Translations under genes and position numbers: made by a program
Origin: an uncultured delta proteobacterium
Lineage (GTDB): Bacteria > Desulfobacterota > Syntrophobacteria > Syntrophobacterales > Syntrophobacteraceae
Assembly (NCBI GenBank): GCA_963808625.1
Contig: CAWEHK010000050.1
Location: 1-64,000 of the forward strand
Reading direction: 5' to 3'
DNA length: 64,000 bases
In this document: piece after piece, positions 32,099 through 43,361 of the stretch
How the letters are laid out: the number at the start of each line of letters is the position of its first letter
How positions within the stretch are numbered: position 1 is the first letter of the stretch
The notes under the pieces: model-generated
Database searches by the model: none
What the model was told of the DNA's origin: nothing
Seen by the model: the letters and a program-made list of their open reading frames with translations, nothing else

Positions 32099-33538
32099 TC
32101 AAGCGTCGGCATGACGGTTATAACCATGAGCATTGATTTCGGCGACAAATCTGGCCAGTTTCTCCAGTTCCGGGACGTCGTCCTGGTAATCGAGCAGGTG
32201 AGGATGAGACTCGATGTAGGAGGTGTCGAAACGTTGCTCGATGAAATCAGGGTCATCAACGATTTGTTTATAATAGGGAATGGTGGTCTGGATTCCGGTT
32301 ATGACCAGGCTGTTGAGCGTCCGCCGCATCCGGTCCACCGCCTCACGCCAGGTGAAGCCGTAGACGGTGAGTTTGATCAGCATCGAATCATAGTACCGGG
32401 GAATCTCGTATCCCTGATAAACCGCTCCATCCACGCGCGTTCCGTGTCCTCCGGGGGACTGATAGATTTGAATGACACCCGGGTTGGCCATAAAATTCTG
32501 CTTGGGGTCCTCGGCATTAATCCGCAACTCGATGGCGTACCCTCGAAAATGCACATCGCTTTGCGCAAAAGAGATCGGGGCACCGGCCGCAATGCGGATC
32601 TGTTCCCGAACCAGGTCGATGCCGGTGATCATTTCGGTCACCGTGTGCTCTACCTGGATGCGCGTGTTGACCTCGAGAAAATAGAACCGGTCCTGCTCAT
32701 CCAGCAAGAACTCCACGGTACCGGCATTGATGTACTTACAGGCCTTGGCCGCTCTCACCGCAGTATCGCAGACGCGGGCCAAAAGTTCCTGGGGAAGCGA
32801 GAACGGGGCAATTTCGATGAGCTTTTGATGGCGTCTCTGGATGGAACAATTCCGGGTGCCCAGGTGGATGACGTTGCTCTGTTGGTCGGCGAGAATTTGC
32901 ACCTCGAGATGGCGCGTGCGGGTCAAGGCCTTTTCCAGGTAAACCTCGTCGTTTCCGAACGCCATCTGCGCCTCGGAACGGGCCATTTTCAGGCCTTTGA
33001 TCAGTTCCGAGGCATCCTGCACCGAGCGGATGCCACGCCCCCCGCCCCCTGCCACAGCTTTGATCATGATGGGGAAGCCATACTCATCAGCGAACCGGAT
33101 CGCCTCCTCTTCACCGGCTGCTCCAGGGTCCAGGACCTCGGTGCCGGGAATCATGGGAAGCCCCGCATCGATCATGATGCGGCGCGCAATCACCTTGCTG
33201 CCCATGTCCCGGATAACGTTCGGAGGCGGACCGACAAAAACGAGACCCGCATCGGTGCACTCCTTCGAGAAACTCGGGTTTTCGGCGAGAAAGCCGTAGC
33301 CCGGATGAATGGCTTCGGCACCGGTGGTCTTCGCCGCGTGAATAATCCGCTCAATATTCAGGTAGTCTTTGCGCGGACCCGACCCGATGCAGATCGCTTC
33401 ATCGGCCTTCATGATGTGCATCGCGGCCTTGTCGGTTTCCTCATAGATCGCCACCGTTCGAACTCCGAGTTCCTGAGCCGAACGCATGATACGGATGGCA
33501 ATCTCACCCCGATTGGCTACCAGCAATTTCTTAAACAT
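32099..33538 (-). CDS. accC: Biotin carboxylase (pyruvate/acetyl-CoA carboxylase subunit A)
   Basis: LVANRGEIA, HPGYGFLAEN, GGGGRG, CSIQRRHQK, EVNTRIQVEH, RINAEDP. Confidence 0.93.
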   Translation of the reverse strand: MFKKLLVANRGEIAIRIMRSAQELGVRTVAIYEETDKAAMHIMKADEAICIGSGPRKDYLNIERIIHAAKTTGAEAIHPGYGFLAENPSFSKECTDAGLVFVGPPPNVIRDMGSKVIARRIMIDAGLPMIPGTEVLDPGAAGEEEAIRFADEYGFPIMIKAVAGGGGRGIRSVQDASELIKGLKMARSEAQMAFGNDEVYLEKALTRTRHLEVQILADQQSNVIHLGTRNCSIQRRHQKLIEIAPFSLPQELLARVCDTAVRAAKACKYINAGTVEFLLDEQDRFYFLEVNTRIQVEHTVTEMITGIDLVREQIRIAAGAPISFAQSDVHFRGYAIELRINAEDPKQNFMANPGVIQIYQSPGGHGTRVDGAVYQGYEIPRYYDSMLIKLTVYGFTWREAVDRMRRTLNSLVITGIQTTIPYYKQIVDDPDFIEQRFDTSYIESHPHLLDYQDDVPELEKLARFVAEINAHGYNRHADA

Positions 33539-33739
33539 CGCTTCCGCTCACCGTCAAAAAGAGTTTACAAACCATTTCACCGCTTGGCAGCAGCCCTTTG
33601 GCCGCTGGCCTGTTAGGCTCATCTCTTAACACAAGAGGAAGGCAAACATCAATGGACGAGGTGTCCTCTCAGAGGACACGGAATGGATAGGACACACCAT
33701 TACCCGGCAGGATAACCCTAGGGCGTGAACGCAATAGTT

Positions 33740-34003
33740 CTAGATCCGGGCGCCCACCACCCGACCGCCAAAACGGCGCTTTCGATTCAAGGCATTGAGG
33801 TACTGACGGTCCATCAGGTTGCACTTGAATGGCTTGAGGATGGCGTTTATTTCCCGCTGCGGCCGGTTCTCGTCCTGCAGGAGATCCTTAATACTGTTCC
33901 ATTGCGCCACGCTGTAATACTCGCAGCCCCGGCCTTCATTGAAAAACTCACAATGCTGCTGACTCACGTACTTATTGTACCTTCGACAATATTTGATCTT
34001 CAT
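33740..34003 (-). CDS. Small Cys-containing hypothetical protein
   Basis: ATG 34003 preceded by RBS GGAGG; MKIKYCRRYNKYVSQQHCEFFNEGRGCEYY... Confidence 0.6.
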   Translation of the reverse strand: MKIKYCRRYNKYVSQQHCEFFNEGRGCEYYSVAQWNSIKDLLQDENRPQREINAILKPFKCNLMDRQYLNALNRKRRFGGRVVGARI

Positions 34004-34334
34004 TGCATCCCTCCAATTATAGGATATGTTGGCACTAAATTGATTCAGCAAAAATCGAGCCGGTGATGCTGCACGAAGCACTTGAGAACAAAACTCCGTG
34101 GTGGTTTTTGAACGTCAGTGAGTTCGTCAACGCATACAGGGAGAAGTGAGTGCGAACGAACAGAGCTGGGAACGCTTGCTTAGAAAAAAATCACAATGTT
34201 GCATGGTACCGAAAATCAACTAACAGTATTGATCTAATAAGCACAAGTGCCACGGTTTGTCAATGAAGGAATTTACGACCTGAAGGAGTTCGGTACCCAA
34301 TGAGAAGCGCACTACACGAAGCCGGAGATTTTTC

Positions 34335-34363
34335 TTTACATCAACCGGGCAAGTCGTTATAAG
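34335..34363 (+). promoter_or_regulatory. Putative sigma70 promoter of tRNA-Trp
   Basis: TTTACA-N17-TATAAG ending 12 bp before the tRNA. Confidence 0.55.
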
Positions 34364-34375
34364 ACCCTAAATCGC

Positions 34376-34452
34376 AGGCCAGTAGCTCTAACGGTTAGAG
34401 CACCGGACTCCAAATCCGGGGGCTGGGGGTTCGAATCCCTCCTGGCCTGCCA
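34376..34452 (+). tRNA. tRNA-Trp (CCA)
   Basis: AGGCCAG/CTGGCCT acceptor stem, anticodon arm CCGGA-CTCCAAA-TCCGG, GGTTCGAATCC T-loop, encoded CCA end. Confidence 0.97.
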
Positions 34453-34480
34453 CTTTGTGCAACGCCCGCACATTTTTTTG

Positions 34481-34915
34481 TCAGCTCTGCAGCCGTTCCG
34501 GCAGTTCGGATGTTCCTTCTGATCCTTCGCTGTTTCCGTCTTCCGGACGAGTCCTTTCCCGATGTTGGTTGATCAAGATGGCCAATTCCTGGGCCCCGAT
34601 GGCGGCAAGCTGTTCACCCTGGCCATCCTGTATCGACAAAAATACCCCTTCAGCGTTGTTGCTGATGGTGATCCCTCCTTTTCCTTCCGGTGATACGATG
34701 ATCAGGTTTCGCGTGTTGATGGAATCGGAGCCGACAAATCCGGTCTCAAATCCCCAGGAGACCGTGCGGTAAAGAGCCCCGATTTCCCCCGACATGTACC
34801 CTATCCAAAAATAGAGAAGCAGGATCCACAACCACTGCAATGTCTCTTTTTCGAACCACCCCCCTATCCAGCAAGCGATCAGAAAGACGCCAAAAAGAAT
34901 CAGAATGATGCCCAA
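34481..34915 (-). CDS. Hypothetical membrane protein (start probably frameshifted, ATG at 34943)
   Basis: Two hydrophobic segments followed by a soluble tail. Confidence 0.55.
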   Translation of the reverse strand: MGIILILFGVFLIACWIGGWFEKETLQWLWILLLYFWIGYMSGEIGALYRTVSWGFETGFVGSDSINTRNLIIVSPEGKGGITISNNAEGVFLSIQDGQGEQLAAIGAQELAILINQHRERTRPEDGNSEGSEGTSELPERLQS

Positions 34916-35073
34916 GACTTCGCTATGTTGTTCTATTCCTCATGCCGTCCCCATCCTTTAAGCTTTAGCTGCAACAAGAAATCCTCGGAATCTCAATAAA
35001 CGACCTCGAACACCGACTATGCGTCGCTGTATCAGCATTATCGAGACATTTTCATCTGTAAGAAAACAACCTG

Positions 35074-35204
35074 GCAACTTCTCAATAAGCATGGATGCAC
35101 GAGCTCTTCTGGAAGCCCTGACTGGATTCCCGCCAGAAGCATGCGGGAATGACGATCTGAGACTCCCACGGTCCCTTGGGTACCTTAGGTTACTGAGAAG
35201 TTGC
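35074..35204. mobile_element. MITE-like element with 15-bp imperfect terminal inverted repeats and an internal CTGGATTCCCGC...GCGGGAATGAC palindrome
   Basis: GCAACTTCTCAATAA (35074-35088) vs TTACTGAGAAGTTGC (35190-35204); the right end is partly re-duplicated at ~35214-35236. Confidence 0.55.
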
Positions 35205-35215
35205 TTAACCTGAGG

Positions 35216-35840
35216 TTACTGGGAAGTTGCGTAACCCGGCCTTGTGAGCATTCTCCGGTTGAGGAGCATTTCGCGCCATGACAGGAACATCAGGGCGTTC
35301 CCTAACCACCAGCGCCCATCCGTCCCCGCAGCGAATGCTCGGGGTTTGACCTCCAAAATTCGCTCAACCTCTTCCTCGCGGCCTTCTTTCGACCACCCAG
35401 CCGACGAAGCGATCTCCCGCGTACAACACATCATTCACGGAGCTATCCACAAAACTCATGCAAGATTCGATCCGACTCCAGGTATCCCGATCAACCCTGG
35501 CACTCAGGGTATACGCATCGATCGTCAATTGGTCACCGTGGGAAAAGACTTTTACCAGGTGAATGTCCGCGAGGTTCTCCCGGTCACGAAGATCTTCCCG
35601 AAGCGCAACGATTGTCAGCCAATCTTTGCGGGGAACCTCGAGGATCTGGCCGTGCGCCAGGATGCCTTCAACCAAGCCGTCCGGGGTCTTCGCAGCGCCC
35701 CAGCCATCGCAAAGAAAGCGCTCTTCCGCTTTGCCGCCAGGCGGGACGAGATAAGCATAGACATGGTGAACCTCATACTTATCACGTTCGATCGTCAAGC
35801 GAACCGCGTTTCCTGATTTCGTCTCTGTCAATAGCTCCAT
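35216..35840 (-). CDS. Hypothetical protein (frameshift near 35385)
   Basis: ORF 35364-35840 with an RBS, continuing in ORF 35216-35434 (EGREEEVERILEVK). Confidence 0.55.
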
Positions 35841-35916
35841 TTCCGGTTTGTCCTTGATGTTTATGCAAAGCCATGGTAATAAATCGCTCTAAATATTGAG
35901 ATATCCCAGAGGTCAT

Positions 35917-35994
35917 GGTGGGTGTAGCTCAAGCGGTTAGAGCACTGGGTTGTGGCCCCAGAGGTTGCCGGTTCGAGTCCGGTCACTCACCCCA
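35917..35994 (+). tRNA. tRNA-His (GTG)
   Basis: G(-1) plus GTGGGTG/CACTCAC acceptor stem, anticodon arm CTGGG-TTGTGGC-CCCAG, GGTTCGAGTCC T-loop, encoded CCA end. Confidence 0.97.
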
Positions 35995-36273
35995 TTCCAC
36001 AAGGCATCTTTTGCCTTGCCGGAAGCACTGTGCACCCCGGAGAGGGTCCCCTGCCAGCGCTCAAAATCGGTTTTAGCGACCGGGTCAGGGCCTGAGCTGC
36101 CTTCCCGAATCGGCAGTAAGGTACCGACAATTGGAGCATTTCGCAACCGATTTCTGGGCCTCTGCCTCGCTTATCCGATGCCGATTTAAGGCCACATGAG
36201 CGTTACAAGCTTGCCCTCTTTCACCCTTTTCAGCTTACCCCGAGACCTGGAGCTCATCATGGAGGATCGCGCC

Positions 36274-37117
36274 ATGCAGTTGAGACCATTCGGCAAGACC
36301 GGCATTCAAGTTTCCATGGTCGGTCTTGGCGGCGAAGGCATACTGAGAACGTACGATCGGGAAGAGCATGCCACAGCCGTGATCGAGGAGGCCCTGGCGC
36401 AGGGTGTGACCTATTTCGACTGTGCCAGGGCTTATGCCGGAAGCGAAGGGTACTACGGCCGCGTCTGGTCTGCCCATCCGGAGCTTCGAGCCGGTGTCTT
36501 TCAGGCCGGTAAGTCAGCTCAGCGCACCAGGAAGGGCGCCCTTGCCGATCTCGACGGCACGCTCGCCACGATGCAGATCGACCATCTCGATCTCTGGCAA
36601 ATCCATGACGTGCGCACGGAAGACGACCTCCACAGAATTGCCGGACCGGGTGGAGCTCTCGAGGCTTTTCTCGAAGCCAGGGGCGCCGGCAAAACCCGCT
36701 TCATCGGCGTGACGGGTCATCACGATCCCGAAATTCTTACCCGGGCTGTCAGGGAATGGCCTGTTGATTCCGTGCTGCTACCGGTCAACCCGGTGGAGGG
36801 AGTTCTCCGGGGCTTTCTGGACAGGACCCTGCCCGCCGCCCGGGAACGAGGAATTGCGGTAATCGGCATGAAAGTCCTCGGCGCCTCGCATTATCTTTCC
36901 CCGGAGGGCGGCGTGACCGCAGACCTTCTCATCCGATTTGCCCTGTCTCAAGCGGTGGACGTGGTCGTTGTCGGCTGTTCCTCTCGAGACCAGGTCAGGA
37001 CCCTGGCGCACGGCGGCAAACACTTTCGAACCTCTGCCGCGCGAGTCCCAGGAGCAACTGGTGGAGGCCTTTCGACCCTACGCGAAACAGCTTGCCACCT
37101 ATCGCGGCGTATGGTAG
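36274..37117 (+). CDS. Aldo/keto reductase; frameshift near 37025
   Basis: RPFGKTGIQVSMVGLG, YFDCARAY, LDLWQIH, RFIGVTGH, GMKVLG. The shifted frame ends with LATYRGVW*. Confidence 0.88.
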
Positions 37118-37197
37118 CAGACGGTGCCGCAATTCCCGGCCCGATGTCCTGCAGCCCGGAAATAAACCATAGATTTTCCCTCAAATAGCTTCAGACT

Positions 37198-37259
37198 CTG
37201 TGGGGTAGGCTTTCCAGCCTGCCAGTTGGCTCAGGCAGGCTGGAAAGCCTGCCCCACAG
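37198..37259. repeat. REP-like inverted pair
   Basis: ctgtggggtaggctttccagcctgcc ... ggcaggctggaaagcctgccccacag; a near-identical unit lies at 60568-60625. Confidence 0.8.
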
Positions 37260-37640
37260 GATGCAATGTCGTGAAGGCCATTGAGTATTAGTCACCGGGC
37301 CCGCACACGCTCCAGGCGGTAATCTCATGCCGTCCCGGGTATTCAGCTTGTCTGGGACATTGCAGGAGTTGGCCTCGCCAGGTCCCGGCAGACAGGAAAG
37401 TCCGCCCTCCGTGGTGGCACTGTTCTGGCGGGAATGCAGCCACGCCATGGTTCCCTTGCTCCTTGACATCCCTGCATATGTCGCAACCCATGCGCTCGGG
37501 ACAGGGCATGGCCGCCAGCGACTCAAGGCGAGCGGAAAGGCCTTGAACTGACGGGATCGTTCTGTTAAGGTACAGGGCGTCTCAAGATTTGTAGCTCGTT
37601 GCCGTTGCTTATCTCATAATCACATGACGAGAGCCCTTGC

Positions 37641-39665
37641 ATGAAACAAGTTATTCTCGGCACCGCCGGCCACATCGACCACGGTAAGACCTCTCTCATC
37701 AGGGCCCTGACCGGTATCGACACCGACCGGCTCAAAGAGGAGAAGCTGCGAGGCATCACCATCGAGCTGGGTTTTGCCTATATGGACCTCCCGGGTGGTG
37801 ACCGGTTGGGCATCGTCGATGTTCCGGGCCACGAACGCTTCGTCAAGCACATGGTCGCCGGCGCCACGGGCATCGACTTCGTCGCCCTGGTGATTGCCGC
37901 CGATGAGGGGGTCATGCCCCAAACCCGGGAACACATGGAGATCTGCGAGTTGCTTCGCGTGAAGCAGGGTTTGGTGGTGCTTACGAAAATCGACCTCGTG
38001 GATGATCCCGATTGGCTGGAGATGGTTCAGGAAGATGTGACCGACTTCTTGAAGGGCACGTTTCTCGAAGGCAAGCCCATCATCAGGGTCTCTGCCGCCA
38101 CCGGGGAAGGCCTCGAGGAACTCAAACAAGCCCTGGCCAGGCTCGTCGTCGAAATTGAGCCGCGCAGCTCTGACGGCCCTTTTCGCCTGCCCGTCGACCG
38201 CGTTTTCAGCATGCGCGGCTTTGGGACGGTGGTAACCGGGACGAGTGTTGCCGGGAAGTTGCGGATCGGTGACCCGGTGATGGTTTACCCGAAGCAGCAG
38301 AAAACCAAGGTCAGAGGTTTGCAGGTTCACAATGATGAGGTGCAGGAGATCCATGCCGGCCAGCGCACAGCGGTCAACCTCCAGGCCATGGAACGAGCCC
38401 TGATCCAGCGCGGCGATGTGGTGGCCACGCCCGGCGCTCTGGCGCCAACGCACCTGATCGATGTGGAGGTGGAGCTGCTCGCCAGCGCCCCACGCCCCTT
38501 GAAAAACCGGGCAAAAATCCGCTTCCACACGGGGACGGCAGAACATCTCGCAACGGCCGTGCTCCTCGATCGGGAGGAGTTGGCTCCCGGTGAAAAGACC
38601 TTCATCCAGGTCCGTCTCGACCAGCCTGTCACCGCCCTGCGCGGGGACCGGTTTGTGCTCCGTTCCTATTCTCCGGTCCAGACCATTGGCGGGGGAACCA
38701 TTCTTCACCCGCTCCCGCGCAAACATAAAGGCCAGGGCAAACGGCAGGCGGCGATAGCCCTGAGCGCCCTGGTGCATGGCACCGACGAGGAAATCATCTT
38801 GTGGCACGTGCTCGATGCCGGTTGGGCTGGGGTGACCGTGGACGAGCTCCAGGTTCGAGCCAATATCTCCCGAGGGCATCTCGAGAAAGCCCTGCAACGC
38901 TTTGCCAGCCAAAGGAAGCTCATTCTTTTCGATAAGGAGAACCAGCGCTTTCTGCACCCTGGCGTACTGGAGAGCATCCAGCAGGCGGTGCTTGAGATCC
39001 TCGAGAGCTACCATCAGCTTCACCCCCTGAAGACCGGGATGGCCAAAGAGGAGCTTTTGGCACAACTCCCCCACCCTCTCGAGGTGAAACTCTACAATTA
39101 TGTGCTGCGCCAGTTGGCGGACCAGGACCGGATTGCGATGGAACTGGAATGGGTGCGACTGGGTTCGCACAAAATCGCTCTTTCCCAGGAGGAAGAGGGC
39201 ATTCGCGAGAAAATTGCGCGGACCTTCGAGGAAACAGGCCTCCAGCCGCCCTTCTTCAAGGACGTGGCCGCGACCCTCCCCGGAACTCCGCGTCAGCATC
39301 AGGATGTGCTCGATTGGATGATTTCCCAGGGAATTCTGATCAAGGTAAAAGAGGACATTTACTTTCATGCGACTGCCATTGAAGAGCTGCAGCAACGCCT
39401 GGTCGCTTTTTTGAAGGAACAAGGTGAGATCTCGACCCCCCAGTTCAAAGATATGACCCAGGCCAGTCGCAAGTACACCATCCCGCTCCTGGAATATTTC
39501 GATACCCAACGAGTGACCATTCGCATTGGCGATGTGCGCCGTTTGCGTGAGACTGAGAAGCGGTTGATTTGTTTTCTTTCAACCACGAAGGACACGAAGA
39601 ACACGAAGCGTGAAAAAGTTGTTTTGGATGGTTTCCTTCGTGGTCTTCGTGCTCTTCGTGGTTAG
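37641..39665 (+). CDS. selB: Selenocysteine-specific elongation factor SelB (C-terminus runs into a repeat)
   Basis: [34 protein letters not shown], and C-terminal winged helix [13 protein letters not shown]...GDVR. Confidence 0.96.
   Translation: MKQVILGTAGHIDHGKTSLIRALTGIDTDRLKEEKLRGITIELGFAYMDLPGGDRLGIVDVPGHERFVKHMVAGATGIDFVALVIAADEGVMPQTREHMEICELLRVKQGLVVLTKIDLVDDPDWLEMVQEDVTDFLKGTFLEGKPIIRVSAATGEGLEELKQALARLVVEIEPRSSDGPFRLPVDRVFSMRGFGTVVTGTSVAGKLRIGDPVMVYPKQQKTKVRGLQVHNDEVQEIHAGQRTAVNLQAMERALIQRGDVVATPGALAPTHLIDVEVELLASAPRPLKNRAKIRFHTGTAEHLATAVLLDREELAPGEKTFIQVRLDQPVTALRGDRFVLRSYSPVQTIGGGTILHPLPRKHKGQGKRQAAIALSALVHGTDEEIILWHVLDAGWAGVTVDELQVRANISRGHLEKALQRFASQRKLILFDKENQRFLHPGVLESIQQAVLEILESYHQLHPLKTGMAKEELLAQLPHPLEVKLYNYVLRQLADQDRIAMELEWVRLGSHKIALSQEEEGIREKIARTFEETGLQPPFFKDVAATLPGTPRQHQDVLDWMISQGILIKVKEDIYFHATAIEELQQRLVAFLKEQGEISTPQFKDMTQASRKYTIPLLEYFDTQRVTIRIGDVRRLRETEKRLICFLSTTKDTKNTKREKVVLDGFLRGLRALRG
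39581..39663. repeat. ACCACGAAG 9-mer palindromic repeat inside the 3' end of the selB ORF
   Basis: aaccacgaaggacacgaagaacacgaag ... cttcgtggtcttcgtgctcttcgtggtt. Confidence 0.8.
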
Positions 39666-39747
39666 GACAGGAATAGAAACGGGAAACTCAACAAGCCTGC
39701 CATCAGGCATCTCTGCACCACATCAATGAGAGAAGGAGGAGAACAAA

Positions 39748-40038
39748 ATGCTCAAGCACGTGGTCTTCATGAAATTCAACGAAGGGGTGACGGACGCTCA
39801 AATTTCCAGCCTGGAAAACGCGCTCAGTGGGCTTCCTGCCAAAATCCCGGAGATCAAGGGCATGCAGTTTGGCCGGGATGTCGTCCGTTCCGAACGGTCC
39901 TACGACTTCTCTTTGGTCTCGGATTTTGACAACCTCGAAGCCATGAAGCGCTACCAGGTGCACCCCCATCATCTCCCGGTCATCGCCTTGGTGCGCACCC
40001 TCAGCGCCAGCATTCTGGCCGTCGATTTCGAGTATTAA
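39748..40038 (+). CDS. Dabb family (stress-responsive A/B barrel) protein
   Basis: MLKHVVFMKF...YQVHPHH...AVDFEY. Confidence 0.9.
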   Translation: MLKHVVFMKFNEGVTDAQISSLENALSGLPAKIPEIKGMQFGRDVVRSERSYDFSLVSDFDNLEAMKRYQVHPHHLPVIALVRTLSASILAVDFEY

Positions 40039-40065
40039 CCGGATAGCGGCCAACATCTGCTTTTC

Positions 40066-40383
40066 TACCGCAGAGAACACAGCGCGGCGTAGCCGTAACC
40101 AAAAGAATTAACCGCAGAGAGCGCAGAGGACGCAGAGAAACAAAGAGCCAAAGAAAACTCTTGCCTGAATTTTAAGAAACTGAATGTTAGCAGGGCAGAG
40201 TGCACAGCGCGGCGTAGCCGCTCCAAAATTGGGTGGGAATTTTAACGATACCAAGAGGTTCCAAAGAAAATCTTGGCAAAAAAACAAGAAACTCGGCATT
40301 AGTATCACAGAGATCGCAGAGAATAAGGCCTGTCTTCTTTATGTCTGTGGTTTTCTCTGCGTACTCTGCGCTCTCTGCGGTGA
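40066..40383. repeat. Nested ACCGCAGAG-family palindromic repeats
   Basis: accgcagagagcgcagaggacgcagagaaa ... ttttctctgcgtactctgcgctctctgcggt; the internal cacagcgcggcgtagccg occurs twice. Confidence 0.75.
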
Positions 40384-40397
40384 AAAAAATGGCTGGC

Positions 40398-41586
40398 TCA
40401 ACCAGGCTGGCCCGGCCCCTGATAATTGGTCAGAAGGTGGGTAAAGAGGCGCACGCCGACGTCGAGGACTCTTTCATCCAGGTCGAAGAAGGGCGAGTGG
40501 AGCCCGTGGAGGGCACCCTGCGTCGGGTTGTGACAGCCCACACGGAGGAGCATGCCGGGAAATTTTTGCAGGAAGAAGGCAAAGTCCTCGGCGCCCATGC
40601 GCGGCGGACCGTGGTGGACAGAATCATCACCCAGCAAAACTCTCGCCTGGCCTTCGACGAATCCCGCGAGGCGAGGGTCGTTTACCAAGAGGGGATAGCC
40701 ACCCGCCGATCTCCAACTCGGCCACGACTCCGTGCGCCATCTCAAGCCCTTTCAACAACTCGTGCACACGTTCCAGGACCCGCTCCCGCACTTCCGGGCT
40801 CAGGGTGCGCAGGGTCCCTTTCAGGATTGCCTCCCGGGGGATAATGTTGCGGGCGGTCCCGGCGTGAAAGCTCCCAATGGTCAGCACGGCGCTCTCCGTG
40901 GCGGCAAGGCTGCGGCTGATGATGGTCTGGAGTTGCATGATCAAGCAGGCGCCGGCGACGATGGGGTCGATGCAGGCCTGCGGTTGGGCCCCGTGGCCGC
41001 CTTTGCCGATGAGGCGGATGTTGATATTGTCGGAGGCGGCGTTGCTGACGCCCGGCGCGAAGGCGATATGACCGACAGGGAGGTCCGGGTGCATGTGACC
41101 GGCAAAGATCGCGGAAATGGGCTCGGCATCGAGCACCCCGCTTTCGAGCATCGCCCGTGCCCCGGCCCCGCCTTCTTCCGCCGGCTGAAAGATGAAAAGG
41201 ATTTTCCCGGCCCCTGTTTCCGGCCAGCCGCTTTCCACCAGGGACTTTGCGACGCCAAGGAGGATGGTCACATGGGCATCGTGGCCGCAGGCGTGCATGA
41301 TGCCGGGGTGCTGGGAGCGATACGGAACGTCGTTTTGTTCATCGAGCGGCAGGGCGTCCATGTCGGCGCGCATGGCTACGGTTGGGCCGGGTTTTGCCGC
41401 GGTGAGACTGGCGACGACACCGGTCTTGCCGATCTGGTCCCGAGCTGAAACACCGACCTGGCGGAGCACTTCGACGATCTTTGCCGCGGTTTTTTCCTCG
41501 CGGTAGGCCAGCTCAGGGAATTGATGGAAGTGCCGGCGCAGAGCGACCAACCAGTTGTGAAAGGGGGTCAATTCAATTTCAGCCAT
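40398..41586 (-). CDS. M20D family amidohydrolase; frameshift near 40700
   Basis: RRHFHQFPEL, RADMDAL, MHACGHD, FQPAEEG, GGHGA, MGAEDFA, LHSPFFD. Confidence 0.92.
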
Positions 41587-41654
41587 GTAGTTCTCCAAGC
41601 CAGGCGACCTTCGTGTTGTTCGTGTGTTTCGTGGTAGGAAATCACACCCGAGCC

Positions 41655-41697
41655 AAAAGCAAAAGCCCGCTCCCTCAACAAGAGAAAAAGCGGGCTT
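41655..41697 (-). terminator. Probable rho-independent terminator after the carboxyltransferase gene
   Basis: AAGCCCGCT...AGCGGGCTT stem followed by a T-rich tract on the minus strand. Confidence 0.5.
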
Positions 41698-41807
41698 CCT
41701 TCTTTACCGGATCACAATACATCAACTTCAGGAATAGCGGAGATCTACGCTAACTTGCTTACCCTTCGGTCGATCCCGACTATCTCAGGTCCTCATCCCC
41801 CGATTTC

Positions 41808-43361
41808 TTACTGAGGAATGTTGCCGTGTTTCTTTGGCGGCAGGGCCTGGCGTTTCCCGGCAAGCATTTCAAAGCATTCAATCAGGATCTTGCGTGTTTC
41901 TGCCGGATAAATAACCCCGTCAATGTACCCGCGGGACGCCGCGATGTAGGGATTGTAGAGGTTCTTCTTGTAATTGTCCATGACCTCCTGGCGCTTGGCC
42001 TTGGGGTCGGGAGCATCGGCGATCTCTTTTCTGAAAATAACGTTGGCTGCGCCTTCCGCGCCCATAACCGCGATTTCTGCGGTCGGCCAGGCGAGGGAGA
42101 TGTCGGCGCCAAGGTCCTTGGAGCACATGGCCAGGTAGGACCCGCCATAATCCTTGCGGACCATCAGGGTGATCTTCGGCACGGTAGCTTCGGAATAGCA
42201 CCACAGCAGCTTGGCGCCGTGACGAATGATGCCGCCCCATTCCTGCTGGGTCCCCGGAAGATAGCCGGGAACATCGGGGATCGTCAGCATCGGGATGTTG
42301 AAGGCATCGCAGCAGCGGATGAAACGGGTCGCTTTGTCCGAGGAATCACAATCCAGGCAGCCGGCCATAACCTTGGGCTGGTTGGCAATGATGCCGATGC
42401 TGCGGCCATTCAACCGGGCATGGCCCACAATGATGTTCGTCGCGTAATGTTCGTGAATTTCGAAGAATTCGCCATCGTCCACGATCGCTCGAATGACATC
42501 CTTCATGTCATAAGCGCCCATGGGGTTCTCGGGAATGATGGCTTCCAGTTCCGGGCAGAGCCGGTTGGGATCGTCCGTCGGAGGCACATACGGAGGATCT
42601 TCCATGTTGTTGTCGGGATAATAGCTGAGCAATTTCTTGATCTGATCGATGGCGTCGGCATCACTTTCACAGGCGAAATGCGAAACACCGCTCTTGGCCG
42701 CATGGGCCATGGCGCCGCCGAGCTCTTCCTGGGTGATGACCTCACCAAGCACGGCCCTGATGACATCGGGACCGGTGATGAACATGTAGCTGGAAAGCTT
42801 AACCATGAAAATATAGTCAGTCATTGCCGGCGAATAGACCGCACCACCAGCGCAGGGACCCATGATCGCCGAAACCTGCGGAATGACACCCGAGGCAATG
42901 GCATTTCGGTAGAAGATCTGACCATACCCCGACAGGGAGTCGACTCCTTCCTGGATGCGCGCGCCGCCAGAGTCGTTGAAGCCAACGAACGGCTTCCCTG
43001 CCTTCAAAGCCATGTCCATGACCTTGGTGATTTTCTTGGCGTGCATCTCACCAAGGCTGCCGGCCCGTGCCGTGAAATCCTGTGCAAAGGCAAATACGTC
43101 ACGACCATTTACCTTACCAAAGCCGGTGATAACACCGTCTGCAGGAATCTCCACCTTATCGATGCCGAACAAGGTCCCTCTGTGCTTCACGAACATGTCT
43201 ATTTCACGGAAGGTACCAGGGTCAAAAAAGAGGTCCAGACGCGCCCGTGCAGTCATTTTTCCGCGTTCGAGCTGCGCGGCTACGGCCTTTGGCCCACCCA
43301 TTGCCTTCATCTTTGCTTCCCGCTCGCGCAGATCCTGAATCTTATCCGCAACTATTCCCAT
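41808..43361 (-). CDS. Acyl-CoA carboxyltransferase (methylmalonyl-CoA carboxyltransferase 12S / PccB / MmdA-like)
   Basis: DGVITGFG, DSGGARIQEG, GPCAGGAVYSPA, DVPGYLPG, VMGAEGA, KKHGNIP. Confidence 0.93.
   Translation of the reverse strand: MGIVADKIQDLREREAKMKAMGGPKAVAAQLERGKMTARARLDLFFDPGTFREIDMFVKHRGTLFGIDKVEIPADGVITGFGKVNGRDVFAFAQDFTARAGSLGEMHAKKITKVMDMALKAGKPFVGFNDSGGARIQEGVDSLSGYGQIFYRNAIASGVIPQVSAIMGPCAGGAVYSPAMTDYIFMVKLSSYMFITGPDVIRAVLGEVITQEELGGAMAHAAKSGVSHFACESDADAIDQIKKLLSYYPDNNMEDPPYVPPTDDPNRLCPELEAIIPENPMGAYDMKDVIRAIVDDGEFFEIHEHYATNIIVGHARLNGRSIGIIANQPKVMAGCLDCDSSDKATRFIRCCDAFNIPMLTIPDVPGYLPGTQQEWGGIIRHGAKLLWCYSEATVPKITLMVRKDYGGSYLAMCSKDLGADISLAWPTAEIAVMGAEGAANVIFRKEIADAPDPKAKRQEVMDNYKKNLYNPYIAASRGYIDGVIYPAETRKILIECFEMLAGKRQALPPKKHGNIPQ

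Noticed and set aside
34376..35994. tRNA-anchored genomic island or prophage attachment site
   Set aside because: I found no duplicate of either tRNA 3' end and no adjacent integrase in the window.
37290..37560. RNase P RNA-like AGGAAAGTCCG motif and small ORFs upstream of selB
   Set aside because: The other conserved RNase P elements (e.g. the ACAGAA...GCTTA 3' motif on the same strand) are missing, and the peptides are unrecognisable.
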